Source of the DNA: Planctomycetota bacterium
GTDB taxonomy: Bacteria > Planctomycetota > UBA1135
Assembly: GCA_008501825.1 (NCBI GenBank)
Contig: QQUA01000002.1
Coordinates: 232,695-296,694 of the forward strand
Length of the DNA: 64,000 nt
Direction of reading: 5' to 3'
The notes beneath the pieces are model-generated. The model did not search any database, was not told where the DNA came from, and saw only the letters and a list, made by a program, of their open reading frames with translations. Positions 44,951 through 54,423 of the stretch are shown here, one piece after another (position 1 is the first letter of the stretch; every line of letters begins with the position of its first letter). The translations under genes and the position numbers were made by a program.

Positions 44951-46062
44951 CCGTGGAGGTAAATCAATGAATCTTATGTAACTTTTTGGGTCGAATTCGT
45001 CCTCATTATCGAACCCTTTCGCCAGGAAATCTCAAATGCCCTCCTTTCGACCATTGCATTGTCCTCGAAATGACTGCCCAAGCCGCAATTCGACCTCGCT
45101 ATTCTCTTTTCAAAAGCGAGGATTCTACAGCAACAAACATCATCGTCGAATTCAACGGTTTTGGTGCAAAGCCTGCAATCGATCATTCTCTTCACAAAGT
45201 TTTAGATTTCATTACCGACTCCAACTTCCACGGCTGCACTTGGAGTTTTGGCCTTTTATCATCAGCAAAGTCACCCTTCGACAAAGCGCACGAATGCTCG
45301 GTGTGGATCGCCGAACGCTCGCTGACCGTCTTTGGCGAATGGGTCTTCACGCGAAGAAATTTCATTTCCAGAGACTAAGGAACTTTGCAGATAAATCCAA
45401 AATTGAAGGAGTTTTTCAACTTGACGAGCTTGAAACCTACGAAACAGATCGCCGCCTACAACCCGTTACCGTGCCTGTACTTATCCATCGACAAAAATAT
45501 TTCGTTGTTGCTCTTACAGCAGGAACTTTGCCTTGCCGGGGTCCGTTGTCACCTAAACTCTTAGAAATGAAAAAGGAAAGAGAAAAAGAGTTTGGAAAGA
45601 GAAAATCAGAATCGAGAAAAGTGGTCAACGAAGTCTTATCGACCTTAAAATCGTTGATTCCGATTGAAAATCGCATTTACATTCAGAGCGATCGCAAAAA
45701 ACTCTATCCATCGGTCATTAAACAGGTTTTTGGGAAAAATGGCTTTGTTCATCTTCAAGAATGCTCCAAGCGAAAAAGGGATAAAGGAAATCCATTATTT
45801 CCGATCAATCATACGTTGGCACAGATGCGAGACAATATTTCCCGGTTGGTTCGTCGCAATTGGGGAGTTTCTAAGAAAAGGAACTGGCTTGTTCCTCATC
45901 TTTGGCTCTGGCTGGTGTGGCGAAATTACGTTCGCCCGATCACCGCCGATGGAAATCCCCCTACCCCGGGTGAACTCGTAGGAGCTAGTTCTCACCGTTA
46001 CTGCCCAAAAGAAATCTTCCAGTGGAGGATTTTCCAATTCTGAGCCTCCATTTCTTTGTACC
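44942..46062 (+). mobile_element. IS-like insertion (IS1/IS1595-superfamily transposase); boundaries tentative
   Basis: A sharp G+C drop (22/60 in 45601-45660, versus ~60% in the flanks). There are imperfect terminal inverted repeats, GGTACCTAACCGTGGAGG (44942-44959) against the reverse complement of 46045-62, GGTACAAAGAAATGGAGG (12/18 identical). No target-site duplication was seen. Confidence 0.4.
45036..46043 (+). CDS. DDE transposase with an N-terminal zinc ribbon (IS1/IS1595-like)
   Basis: Zn-ribbon HCPRNDCPS...WCKACNRSF, then HTH-like LRQSARMLGVDRRTLADRLWRM, then the DDE-type segment FQLDELETYE. Confidence 0.6.
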   Translation: MPSFRPLHCPRNDCPSRNSTSLFSFQKRGFYSNKHHRRIQRFWCKACNRSFSSQSFRFHYRLQLPRLHLEFWPFIISKVTLRQSARMLGVDRRTLADRLWRMGLHAKKFHFQRLRNFADKSKIEGVFQLDELETYETDRRLQPVTVPVLIHRQKYFVVALTAGTLPCRGPLSPKLLEMKKEREKEFGKRKSESRKVVNEVLSTLKSLIPIENRIYIQSDRKKLYPSVIKQVFGKNGFVHLQECSKRKRDKGNPLFPINHTLAQMRDNISRLVRRNWGVSKKRNWLVPHLWLWLVWRNYVRPITADGNPPTPGELVGASSHRYCPKEIFQWRIFQF

Positions 46063-46084
46063 AGTTTCCGGTTATGGTAAGTAA

Positions 46085-46879
46085 ATGCCCCCGCTACCTC
46101 TCCTCCTCCTCAGCTTCCTTAGCTTCGCTCAGGATCCACCTTCGCCTGAAGGGGAAACGGCGAATAAACTGCCTGAACCGCGAAGCCATTATCTCGGTAG
46201 GCAAATCGCTCCCACCATGTCCTGGCATGGAGCTGGTTGGTTGACCCGAGACAGCCGTGAACGGGAGGAAGCGACCAGTCAAATGTTGAAAGCTCTGAAT
46301 GTTCAGGCCGGTTGGACTGTATGCGATTTCGGGTGCGGGAATGGATACCACACGTTGCCGTTGGCGCAACAGGTTGGGCCCAAAGGCAAAGTTTTCGCCG
46401 TCGACATCCAATCGGAAATGCTGGCGATGCTCCAGAAGAGGGCGAAACAAGCCGGAGTGCGGAACGTCCAATCCGTCTTGGCCGACTTGGCGAATCCGAA
46501 ATTGCCTCCGAACAGTTGTGACTTAATATTGATGGTCGACGTTTATCACGAGTTGGGCTATCCCGAACGAATCCTGGCAGCCTTGGCTAAAGCCCTAAAA
46601 CCTGAAGGTCGGATTGCCTTGGTTGAGTTTCGAGCGGAAGATCCGAAAGTTCCGATCAAGGCTCTACACAAAATGTCCAAGAAACAAATCCTCAAAGAAT
46701 TCGGCGCCAATCAATGGCAATTGGACCGAAGCTATGACCGCTTGCCTTGGCAACATTTGATGTTCTTTACCACCAAATCCACCAAGGCAAGCCAAACCAA
46801 GAAATCCGGCAACGACAATTCAGAATCCGATGCCGGAGATCCGAAAATCAAAGAATCAAGGCAAGGAATTTTGAACTAA
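46085..46879 (+). CDS. Class I SAM-dependent methyltransferase with an N-terminal signal peptide
   Basis: Signal MPPLPLLLLSFLSFAQD. Motif I VCDFGCGNGYHTLPLA. Also KVFAVDIQ, LILMVDVYHEL and LKPEGRIALVEF. Confidence 0.8.
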   Translation: MPPLPLLLLSFLSFAQDPPSPEGETANKLPEPRSHYLGRQIAPTMSWHGAGWLTRDSREREEATSQMLKALNVQAGWTVCDFGCGNGYHTLPLAQQVGPKGKVFAVDIQSEMLAMLQKRAKQAGVRNVQSVLADLANPKLPPNSCDLILMVDVYHELGYPERILAALAKALKPEGRIALVEFRAEDPKVPIKALHKMSKKQILKEFGANQWQLDRSYDRLPWQHLMFFTTKSTKASQTKKSGNDNSESDAGDPKIKESRQGILN

Positions 46880-47809
46880 ATTCCCCACCGTGCAAGTACT
46901 CAAATCCACGGCCTGAAAATAGAGCATTCGACCGCTCGCGGAAGCGGGAAAATACTGACTGGCCCCACCAAAACCAACCCCGTCGTTAGGGTAAATTCCG
47001 GACAAGATTGGATTTGCCAAGTCCACTTGTAATCCCTGGCAACTTTGGTTCAAAACCGTAGCTCCGGGCGCAGTGGCGTACAAAAGAGCGACCTGCCCCA
47101 TAGGAGTGGCACCGGACCACTGAATGCTGTTTTCCACTCCGGCAATACCCGGTTGCAACGTCCCAAGCTCGAAGCCGGGAACTTCCTTGTAGTAAACGGT
47201 GCCGTTCCATTGCCGATCTGGATACGTCGGCCCGGTAAACGCCGGCGTCCCCTTACCGCAGTGGGTAATTAGTTGTAAGTCGGCGTTGAAGTATTGGCCG
47301 GAACCGTTGGTGTAACGCAGTACTTGAGTATTCCGTTCGTAACTTATTAAGTCCACGTACAAGCCGTACACCTGGCCTTGAAGGAAGGTAATCCCATTTC
47401 CTTTCAGATCTACATAACTGGGTTGATCGATTCCGGCGCTCATCCCCGGATAGCGACCGAAATACAACCAAGCGGCCGCTTGGCCTTCGACTCCCTGGCT
47501 GCTTCCCAACCGGAACCAAAGTTCGATTTCAAATGGAGTCGATCCGGACACGTTTAGGTCCAAACCGGTAAGTTCCAGATCCCGCATGGGAATCAGGTCA
47601 AACATGTTGCCGGCGAAACGATTGTCGCTGGCGAAAAGGGTGGTCAAGGCCCCAGGGCCTTGTCTCGGAACCCCAACATGTCGCTGGGCTGAGACCGGAG
47701 CGCCGTCATCTCCCGAAACCGGCCCTTGTTGAGCCGGAATCCAAGCGGCGAAACTGAAACTCCAAAGGAGGAGCCATGAAATGCGATTTTGAAGGAACAT
47801 GGTGTCCAA
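46856..47809 (-). CDS. Secreted protein of unknown function carrying the shared C-terminal module
   Basis: Signal ISWLLLWSFSFAAWIPAQQ. The C-terminal ~105 aa (46859-47176) ends in MLYFQAVDLSTCTVGNLVQNSLP. The 3' end overlaps the convergent methyltransferase gene by 24 nt. Confidence 0.6.
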   Translation of the reverse strand: MDTMFLQNRISWLLLWSFSFAAWIPAQQGPVSGDDGAPVSAQRHVGVPRQGPGALTTLFASDNRFAGNMFDLIPMRDLELTGLDLNVSGSTPFEIELWFRLGSSQGVEGQAAAWLYFGRYPGMSAGIDQPSYVDLKGNGITFLQGQVYGLYVDLISYERNTQVLRYTNGSGQYFNADLQLITHCGKGTPAFTGPTYPDRQWNGTVYYKEVPGFELGTLQPGIAGVENSIQWSGATPMGQVALLYATAPGATVLNQSCQGLQVDLANPILSGIYPNDGVGFGGASQYFPASASGRMLYFQAVDLSTCTVGNLVQNSLP

Positions 47810-47924
47810 GGGGCTGAGGCTGGACCCGGTGGCAATGCCTCCGGGCCTCTGAGGGGACTGGAATTATAGCTTGAGCATTCCAGTCGCCTCCCCTAGCCCC
47901 TTGTCAGGGAAGGGATTAGACCTT

Positions 47925-49493
47925 CTAGCTGGACGAAGCCGCGGTTTCCTCGGCCGCGTGGGCCGGAAACGCCGCTTTCAAATTGCCGCGGAATCCCTGA
48001 ACCGCCACTCGCTGCATGTAGAACTCCAGGCCGCGGAGAGCGCCCAATTCTTCGCCGCCGCCGGCCCGGCCGGGCCCGCCATGAATCATGGCCGGAAGCA
48101 CCATACCGGGAGGTAGAGACTGGGAAGCCATGCGGTCGCTACCGACCCAAACCCGGCCGTGCCAGGGGCCGATACCGAGGATGACTTCGCGACACCAGGC
48201 CGAATCGTTGCTGTACAAACTTGCCACCAGGCCACCGCCACCGAGATTGGCCAAACGAATCGCCTCTTCGGCACTGCCGTCATAGGGCAATAACGTGGCC
48301 ACCGGTCCGAACACCTCGTCGCTGTGAAACAAAGGATGGCTGGAATCTCGGGCCTTCAACAAAGTGGCGGCTACGAAAAAGCCCTTCTCCGCAATGGGCT
48401 CGGGGCCGCCACATAAAGTGTCGGCATGCTCCTGGAGACGACGGATGCCTTCCTGAACGTCCCGGAACTGAGCCGCGCTGGAGAGAGGTCCCATCCGATT
48501 CTTCGAATCGCTCGGATCGCCAACCCGCGTTCTCTGCAAGGTGGCGATCAAATCTTCGGCCACTTCGTCCACCCGGTCCGCAGGGACCAAAATGCGCCGG
48601 ACCGCGGTGCACTTTTGGCCCGTCTTTTGAGTCATATCCAGGGCCACGTTTTGCAAGAAAAGATCGTAGCTTTCACTGTCGGGATCAGTGTCCGGCCCCA
48701 GCACCGCAGCGTTCAAACTATCGGCCTCGATGTTCACCCGAACGTTTCGCTGCACCACGTTGGAATTTCCTTTTAACTTGGCTCCGGTACCCGAGGATCC
48801 GGTGAAAGCCATGCAATCCTGAGCTTCCAGGCGATCCAGCAAATCTCCGGTGCTTCCGCAGATGAATTGAAAAGAGCCCTCGGGCAACAAACCGCTTTCC
48901 ACCAAGATCTCGGCGGTTCGCCAAGCCACCAAAGCCGTGGCGGTTCCCGGCTTCTCGATTACCGGCACCCCGGCCAAAAATGCACAGGCCACCTTTTCCA
49001 TTTGCCCCCACGCCGGGAAGTTGAAGGCATTGATGTGAACCGCCGCCCCGAGCCGCGGCACCCGCAGGTGTTCGCCCCAAAAACGGGCGGTGCGGCCGAG
49101 TTGGACCCCTTCCCCGTCGACCAAATACTCGCCACCGGAAAGTTGCTTGGCGAAATAGGCGTAGGCGGCCAGGGTTCCGGTAGCTCCATCGATGTCGAAC
49201 TTGGCGTCGCCCCGGGTCGATCCGGCATTTTGGATCGACAAATCGATCAGTTCCTCCCGATGCTCCTGCAGGGCGGCCGACATGCCTTTCAGCAACTTGC
49301 CGCGCTCGGCAAAGCTCATGGCCCTCAAGGCCGGGCCGCCTTTCTGGCGCGCGTGATTCAACACCGCCTGGAAATCGATGCCCTCACTATTGCATTGGGC
49401 GATGGCTTCTTCCGTGGTGGCGTTTACCAAAACCGCCGGGTCGCCGGTTCCGGTGTGCCATTGATCCAATACGTAGCTGCGCAGGGTGATCAT
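47925..49493 (-). CDS. Aldehyde dehydrogenase family protein (PaaZ-N/BoxD-like)
   Basis: N terminus MITLRSYVLDQWHTG resembles the PaaZ-type ALDH domain. Catalytic Cys segment TGQKCTAVRRILV, plus AFTGSSGTG. The start is set at ATG 49493. Confidence 0.8.
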   Translation of the reverse strand: MITLRSYVLDQWHTGTGDPAVLVNATTEEAIAQCNSEGIDFQAVLNHARQKGGPALRAMSFAERGKLLKGMSAALQEHREELIDLSIQNAGSTRGDAKFDIDGATGTLAAYAYFAKQLSGGEYLVDGEGVQLGRTARFWGEHLRVPRLGAAVHINAFNFPAWGQMEKVACAFLAGVPVIEKPGTATALVAWRTAEILVESGLLPEGSFQFICGSTGDLLDRLEAQDCMAFTGSSGTGAKLKGNSNVVQRNVRVNIEADSLNAAVLGPDTDPDSESYDLFLQNVALDMTQKTGQKCTAVRRILVPADRVDEVAEDLIATLQRTRVGDPSDSKNRMGPLSSAAQFRDVQEGIRRLQEHADTLCGGPEPIAEKGFFVAATLLKARDSSHPLFHSDEVFGPVATLLPYDGSAEEAIRLANLGGGGLVASLYSNDSAWCREVILGIGPWHGRVWVGSDRMASQSLPPGMVLPAMIHGGPGRAGGGEELGALRGLEFYMQRVAVQGFRGNLKAAFPAHAAEETAASSS

Positions 49494-49671
49494 CGGGGTG
49501 GGAGCTTTTGGCCGGTTCGAGGATTCGGGCAAACAGGTTTGGAACGGGGGTTCCTCCTGGCCGAGCCACACAATGTAGCCGCCTCCAAGCCTCGAGGCGA
49601 GGTCGGGGAATTCCGGCCGGGCATGAAGAAAGGCTCACTTCGAGGCGGCTGACCCCGTAGGCTGCCCAAAC

Positions 49672-51030
49672 ATGTCCGAGGCATCCCCGCCCCCGAATTC
49701 CACCTCCAGAGGGTGGCGCCCATCTTTGAACCTGCGTCAGGGCGAAGGCGGCCTCGTCCTGCTGGGGATGCTTTACCACTTTTGTTTGTTGGCCTGCAAC
49801 TACATCTTGCGGCCGGTACGGGATGAAATCGGCTCCGCCTATCGCGAAGGTTTGGCGGAAGCGTGGACCTGGGTGTTTTTCGTCATGCTTCCGGCCGCTC
49901 CGCTATACGCCTTTTTGGTCAGCCGCTGGCCGCGGCGAGTGTTCATCCCGCTGGTCAACAGCTTTTTCTTGCTATGCCTGATCGGTTTCGCCTGGCTGCT
50001 GGAGTGGCTGCCGGAGGATTCCCGCCAACCGTTGGAATGGACCTTCTACGTATGGCACGCAGTATTCAATATGTTCATCATCACCGGATTTTGGGGTTTC
50101 ATGGTCGACCTGTTTCACCATGAACAAAGCAAGCGCCTGTTCGGCTTGCTGTTCATGGGCGGCTCGCTGGGAGGAATCGCCGGACCGCTGTTAGCCGGTC
50201 GCCTGGTCGAACCCTTCGGCCGTACCGGTTTGATGGTGGTGGCCATGGTTTTTCTGGTTGGGGCCACTTGCACCATGCTGGCCATGGATCGAACCGCCTT
50301 GTGTAGCCGGCGGCTGCACTCCTACGAGGACCAAAAAGCCCAAGGACGTCAAGCTCCCGGCGGAGGCGTATGGCAAGGATTGGCCGTGGTTTTTCGCTCT
50401 CCCTATCTATTGGGCATTTGTGGCTATCTATTCTTGCACTCCTTGCACTCGACTTTTTTGTATTTCACCAAGGCGAACATCGCTCGTGAAGCTTTCGTCG
50501 ATCGCGCCGCCCGCACCGAGTTTTATGCCAACGTAGATTTGCTGACCAACGCCCTGACCTTGTTGGCTCAGATGTTTTTGACCGCCAAGGTCTTGAAGAA
50601 AATCGGCGTCGGCTGGACCCTGGTGCTGCTCCCGCTTCTCAGCTTGATCGGCTTCGCCGCTTTGGGAACTTGGACCACCTTGGCGGTATTGGTCAGCTTC
50701 GAAGTATTAAGACGAGCCACTCATTACGGGTTGTCGAAACCGGCCCGGGAAGTTTTGTTCACCGTGGTCAGTCGGGAACAAAAGTACAAAGCCAAAGCCT
50801 TCATCGACACTGTGGTTTACCGGGGCAGCGACGTAACCAGCGCTCGCTTGTTCGAAGGCCTGCAAGCCGGTTTCGGCTTCGCTCCTCTAGCCTTGGGCTT
50901 GCAAGGAATTGCTTACTGCGCAGTCCCTTTGGCCGCCTTGTGGGCCCTCCTCGCCGCGAACTTGGGCAAACAGCAAGTTCGCCGGCAGGAACGGCTGGCC
51001 GAATCGGGAATCGCAAAGCCTCAGTCCTGA
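49672..51030 (+). CDS. Multi-pass transporter, MFS-fold / ATP:ADP-antiporter (Tlc/Npt)-family-like
   Basis: About 11-12 hydrophobic segments. The N-terminal NYILRPVRDEIG resembles the conserved N-terminal motif of Tlc-like transporters. The substrate is unknown. Confidence 0.5.
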   Translation: MSEASPPPNSTSRGWRPSLNLRQGEGGLVLLGMLYHFCLLACNYILRPVRDEIGSAYREGLAEAWTWVFFVMLPAAPLYAFLVSRWPRRVFIPLVNSFFLLCLIGFAWLLEWLPEDSRQPLEWTFYVWHAVFNMFIITGFWGFMVDLFHHEQSKRLFGLLFMGGSLGGIAGPLLAGRLVEPFGRTGLMVVAMVFLVGATCTMLAMDRTALCSRRLHSYEDQKAQGRQAPGGGVWQGLAVVFRSPYLLGICGYLFLHSLHSTFLYFTKANIAREAFVDRAARTEFYANVDLLTNALTLLAQMFLTAKVLKKIGVGWTLVLLPLLSLIGFAALGTWTTLAVLVSFEVLRRATHYGLSKPAREVLFTVVSREQKYKAKAFIDTVVYRGSDVTSARLFEGLQAGFGFAPLALGLQGIAYCAVPLAALWALLAANLGKQQVRRQERLAESGIAKPQS

Positions 51031-53582
51031 TCCAAGCTTTTCTGCCTTGGAACAAGGTTCTCAAAACTTGGCTCGACCGGCAAAGCCAGGCTAAGGGATT
51101 CCAAGCCAGCGGGCACCATCAGCCGACCTTTTGGATCGGCAGCCCCAAGGCCCTGCCAGCGCACCGCAAAGGATTCGGTAGCAGCACCGCTCCACTGCCA
51201 AAGCCCGATAGTCTCTGTTGGATGAAAGGCAAAGCTCAAGCCTTGCGGAACGCCTTCAACGATCAATTTCCCGGCGGAATCCAGAGGCAGGCCGAACTCG
51301 TTCTGAATGCGAATTTCCACCAAGCGGCCCGGCTGAAGCCGAAAACTTTGGAGATCGGAAACGGCTCCCACCGGCGGCGTCCAAAGCCGACATTGTTCGC
51401 CGTAGCCTGGGGCTCCAACATGGATCCAATGCTCCCGAGGGGCTAATTTCGAAAATTGGCACCGTTTATCCCAAAGGTTCTGCTCCAACAATAGCTTTCT
51501 CGGAGCAGGGGGGGCCGAAAGCAGGCGAACCGTTGCTCCCGGTACGCTTTCGCCGGTTTGGTCCGAAACAACTTCAACCTGAAGATCGGTTCCTGGGGGA
51601 AGCTCCAGATAAGCCCGATCCTCCCCCGCCGTGAACCGATAGCGAGGCCATGCTTGCCAAGCCCAAAGATCGACCAGGTAATCCCCCCGGCCAAGATTTT
51701 GAATGGAAAAGCTGCCATCGGGACGAATGGACCCAATTCGATCCTCACCCTGGCCATCAGCAGGCGTGGCAACGATTCCACTACGATTTTGCTGATCCAG
51801 CCTCGGGATTTGATCCCAGCCCAGAATGTTGCCCGAAATGGCCCAATCTTGCTTCACCTCCTGGCCCTGAGGCCAAATGACCGGGACCTCCAAGGAGTCA
51901 CCAAGACGAATCGGGACATCCACTTTTCCGGTCTGTCGGACTTTGCCTCGGGCCGCCAGCCAATGCCAAGAGCTTCCCGGCGGAAGGAAGAAGTCCACCC
52001 TCCCTCCGACCCCTGAGCGGCCGGTGAGCGATGTTGCTTGTTCCTCCCAGGGCCGCCGTTGCTGCCCTCGAAGCCGAGGGAGATCGAAGGATCGGTTTGC
52101 GGATAGGGCAACGACCACATCCGGAAGTGGGAACCCTGAAGCATCTCGCACCTGAAAACTCAAGCCATTCTGCTGCGGTTCTAAATCAAAAGTCCAAGGA
52201 GGAGGCCCGAGCTCTTTCAATGATTGGTTACCGAAATCACGAAAACGGCCGGAGTCGCTTTGTACCGTGAGTCGAAAACTGCGCAACAAGGATTTTGAAT
52301 CGTGAGGAATGGGAAGCCAACAAGAACCGCCATCTGAAAAACGCCGCTTGCCTTGTTGCTCCTTAGCTCGGAAATAACGCCTTTCCATCAACGTAGGCTC
52401 TTGATCCTCGTACATGTAATGCACGGGAATAAAATAGGACCACTGAATCTCGACGCTTTCTTTCAATACTTCCCCCCCAACCAATAAACGAATCTCCGTT
52501 TCACCGGCGGGCTCCATCGCCAAGGCAAATTCAGCCATCTCTCCTTCGTCGGACTTCTGGAGGCAAACCAAGGTTCGAGGAAGGTACCCATCGGCTTGAA
52601 ACTCATACAAAGGGAATTTCTTGTGTCGCGCATGGCTTGCCAGGAGCTCCGATCTAGTCGCCAAAGCCTCGAGGGAAGCCATTCCAAGATTGGCTGGAGG
52701 CCTGGATCGGACCTCCACATTGAGAATCTGTTGTCCACTTCGCCGGTCGAAGCAATGCCACCGTGGCGGCGCCGGCCAAGGCGACAAGGCGATTTGATTC
52801 CTTTGCCCTGAAGCCAGGACTTGGATTTTTTCAGTCCTTCCCCGATAGGCCGCGGTAGGCGGAATAACTAGGGTACCTGGCCCGGGAGCGGGAGCAGCCA
52901 ACTTCGCTACTCCGTCAACTCCGCTAATCCCAACGGCCACACGCGAGTCGTTCAAGGCTTCGTAAACGACTCCCACACCAGCCAAGGGCCGACCTCCCGG
53001 CAGGTCCACGAGATCCACCTGAAGAGTCAGCCCCTCCTTCAGTTCGAAATCGACCCATGCCAAGGAGGGCAATGGCGGTTCCTGCCAAACTTCAAACAAT
53101 AAGCCCGGACAGTAAGCTCGTAACCAGCCTTGCCAAGAACCCTTCGACTTGACCCATTCCTCCACTTCAGAGGATGGGATTTCCAATTGGAACCAACCTC
53201 GAGCGTCGCTTCGGGTATGCCAATGCCTTTGCCCCAGCCGGGCCTCAACGACTCCTCGGTGAATGGGCTTTCCATCCGGCCCTTTCAGAACACCCTGCCA
53301 ACCCCAGCCTTGTAAGGAAGATGCCGAGGAAGGGGATAAGATCGGTCGTCGCCGGAGCTTGACCACTTCCGCCGCGCTTGAAACCGAAACATTCGCAGTC
53401 TCGGTCATTCTTTGCAGATGATCCACTCGCTGCGAAGAAGAAATCAAATTGGAACGTGGAGCTTGAGCTTCATTCGCGTTCATAGCTCGCCAAATCCAGG
53501 CCGCCGCCCAGGACGAGACCAGGAATAATATGCCGATCCGGATAAGCCGGCCGAACTTGCTCAAACTTCCGAAATCTCTCAT
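51021..53582 (-). CDS. Single-pass membrane protein with CarboxypepD_reg-like beta-sandwich repeats (853 aa)
   Basis: N-terminal TM IRIGILFLVSSWAAAWIW. Repeat strands GVLKGPDGKPIHRGVV, LQVDLVDLPGGRPLAGVGV, LSFQVRDASGFPLPDVVV and LQVEVVSDQTGESVPGATV. There is an ATGA overlap with the upstream gene. Confidence 0.55.
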   Translation of the reverse strand: MRDFGSLSKFGRLIRIGILFLVSSWAAAWIWRAMNANEAQAPRSNLISSSQRVDHLQRMTETANVSVSSAAEVVKLRRRPILSPSSASSLQGWGWQGVLKGPDGKPIHRGVVEARLGQRHWHTRSDARGWFQLEIPSSEVEEWVKSKGSWQGWLRAYCPGLLFEVWQEPPLPSLAWVDFELKEGLTLQVDLVDLPGGRPLAGVGVVYEALNDSRVAVGISGVDGVAKLAAPAPGPGTLVIPPTAAYRGRTEKIQVLASGQRNQIALSPWPAPPRWHCFDRRSGQQILNVEVRSRPPANLGMASLEALATRSELLASHARHKKFPLYEFQADGYLPRTLVCLQKSDEGEMAEFALAMEPAGETEIRLLVGGEVLKESVEIQWSYFIPVHYMYEDQEPTLMERRYFRAKEQQGKRRFSDGGSCWLPIPHDSKSLLRSFRLTVQSDSGRFRDFGNQSLKELGPPPWTFDLEPQQNGLSFQVRDASGFPLPDVVVALSANRSFDLPRLRGQQRRPWEEQATSLTGRSGVGGRVDFFLPPGSSWHWLAARGKVRQTGKVDVPIRLGDSLEVPVIWPQGQEVKQDWAISGNILGWDQIPRLDQQNRSGIVATPADGQGEDRIGSIRPDGSFSIQNLGRGDYLVDLWAWQAWPRYRFTAGEDRAYLELPPGTDLQVEVVSDQTGESVPGATVRLLSAPPAPRKLLLEQNLWDKRCQFSKLAPREHWIHVGAPGYGEQCRLWTPPVGAVSDLQSFRLQPGRLVEIRIQNEFGLPLDSAGKLIVEGVPQGLSFAFHPTETIGLWQWSGAATESFAVRWQGLGAADPKGRLMVPAGLESLSLALPVEPSFENLVPRQKSLDQD

Positions 53583-54415
53583 GCTCCAGCTCCCGGTTCG
53601 GCGGAGGCGGAATCGACCTTGGATTCATGGTCTGTCCAATACCAAAACCACAGCACACCTTTCTGGTCGCGGGCACAGCAGAGCAGCGCCTCTTTTTTCA
53701 TCGGACCGGACTGCAAATCACCTTGCGGCAAAAATACAGCAGGCTCCCCTAACTTGAATTGGGCGAAGCCGGGAGAAACCACTTCGCAAGCTTGCAAATT
53801 CGGGTGGAAGTCCGCCTTAAGCCGCCCTTTGCAAACCAGCCATCGTGTTTGCCAAGGGGCCTGATCCCATTCCGGTTCCCGAGCGCCTTTGGGCTGAATT
53901 CTTCGAGTGCGGAGGCGGACCTCGCCAGTCCCCTTTGAGGCGGGAAGCGGTACAAAGGCGGCTTCCCCAGTAATCGGATCGAGACGAAAAGCAAGCCGGC
54001 GATCCGCCGGCATGTAAGCCCGATCGGCATTAGGAACGGCTTCTGATTGTCCTTGAAAGGACTCATTCAAACTCGAGCAATAGCTCAAAAACTGGCTCAG
54101 GGCCTGTTCTTCCAACCAGAGAACATCTTCCTGAACTCGTTTTCTCCTTAGTTGAATCCGCCCCTCCGAATTCCGATGGATGGCCGTGGTTTCTGAAGCT
54201 CCGACGGTAAACCACTGAAGGGGAATCTCAAGCTTTTCGCGCCTCAGCTGGAAGAGGAGCTCCACCTGGGTTCCTTTCGAAAATGGTTTCAAAGAAGCGA
54301 AGGTCTCTGCTCGAAAAACCCAAGCAAGTAAAGCAACCAATAGGACTGTAGAGCCAATCCATGAAAACCGGAAAGAAGACCTAAAAGTCTCTTTAGCCTC
54401 GGAAGCAATTTCCAT
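53579..54415 (-). CDS. Hypothetical single-pass membrane protein
   Basis: TM segment IGSTVLLVALLAWVF. I recognise no motif. The start is ambiguous (ATGs at 54442, 54433 and 54415); 54415 lies 8 nt after the upstream stop. Confidence 0.45.
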   Translation of the reverse strand: MEIASEAKETFRSSFRFSWIGSTVLLVALLAWVFRAETFASLKPFSKGTQVELLFQLRREKLEIPLQWFTVGASETTAIHRNSEGRIQLRRKRVQEDVLWLEEQALSQFLSYCSSLNESFQGQSEAVPNADRAYMPADRRLAFRLDPITGEAAFVPLPASKGTGEVRLRTRRIQPKGAREPEWDQAPWQTRWLVCKGRLKADFHPNLQACEVVSPGFAQFKLGEPAVFLPQGDLQSGPMKKEALLCCARDQKGVLWFWYWTDHESKVDSASAEPGAGA

Positions 54416-54423
54416 CGGAAAAC

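Noticed and set aside
44986-45378. A 130-aa alternate-frame ORF overlapping the transposase 5' region, as a possible IS1-style InsA/frameshift partner
   Set aside because: The 335-aa frame already contains the Zn-ribbon, HTH and DDE-like parts in one continuous ORF. I saw no slippery A-run at a plausible junction.
47861-47870. A TATAAT-like hexamer (minus strand, 47863-47868) inside an 8-bp-stem hairpin upstream of the gene at 46856-47809
   Set aside because: It is a single hexamer match with no convincing -35 element, and promoter consensus for this lineage is unknown. This is too weak to call as a feature.
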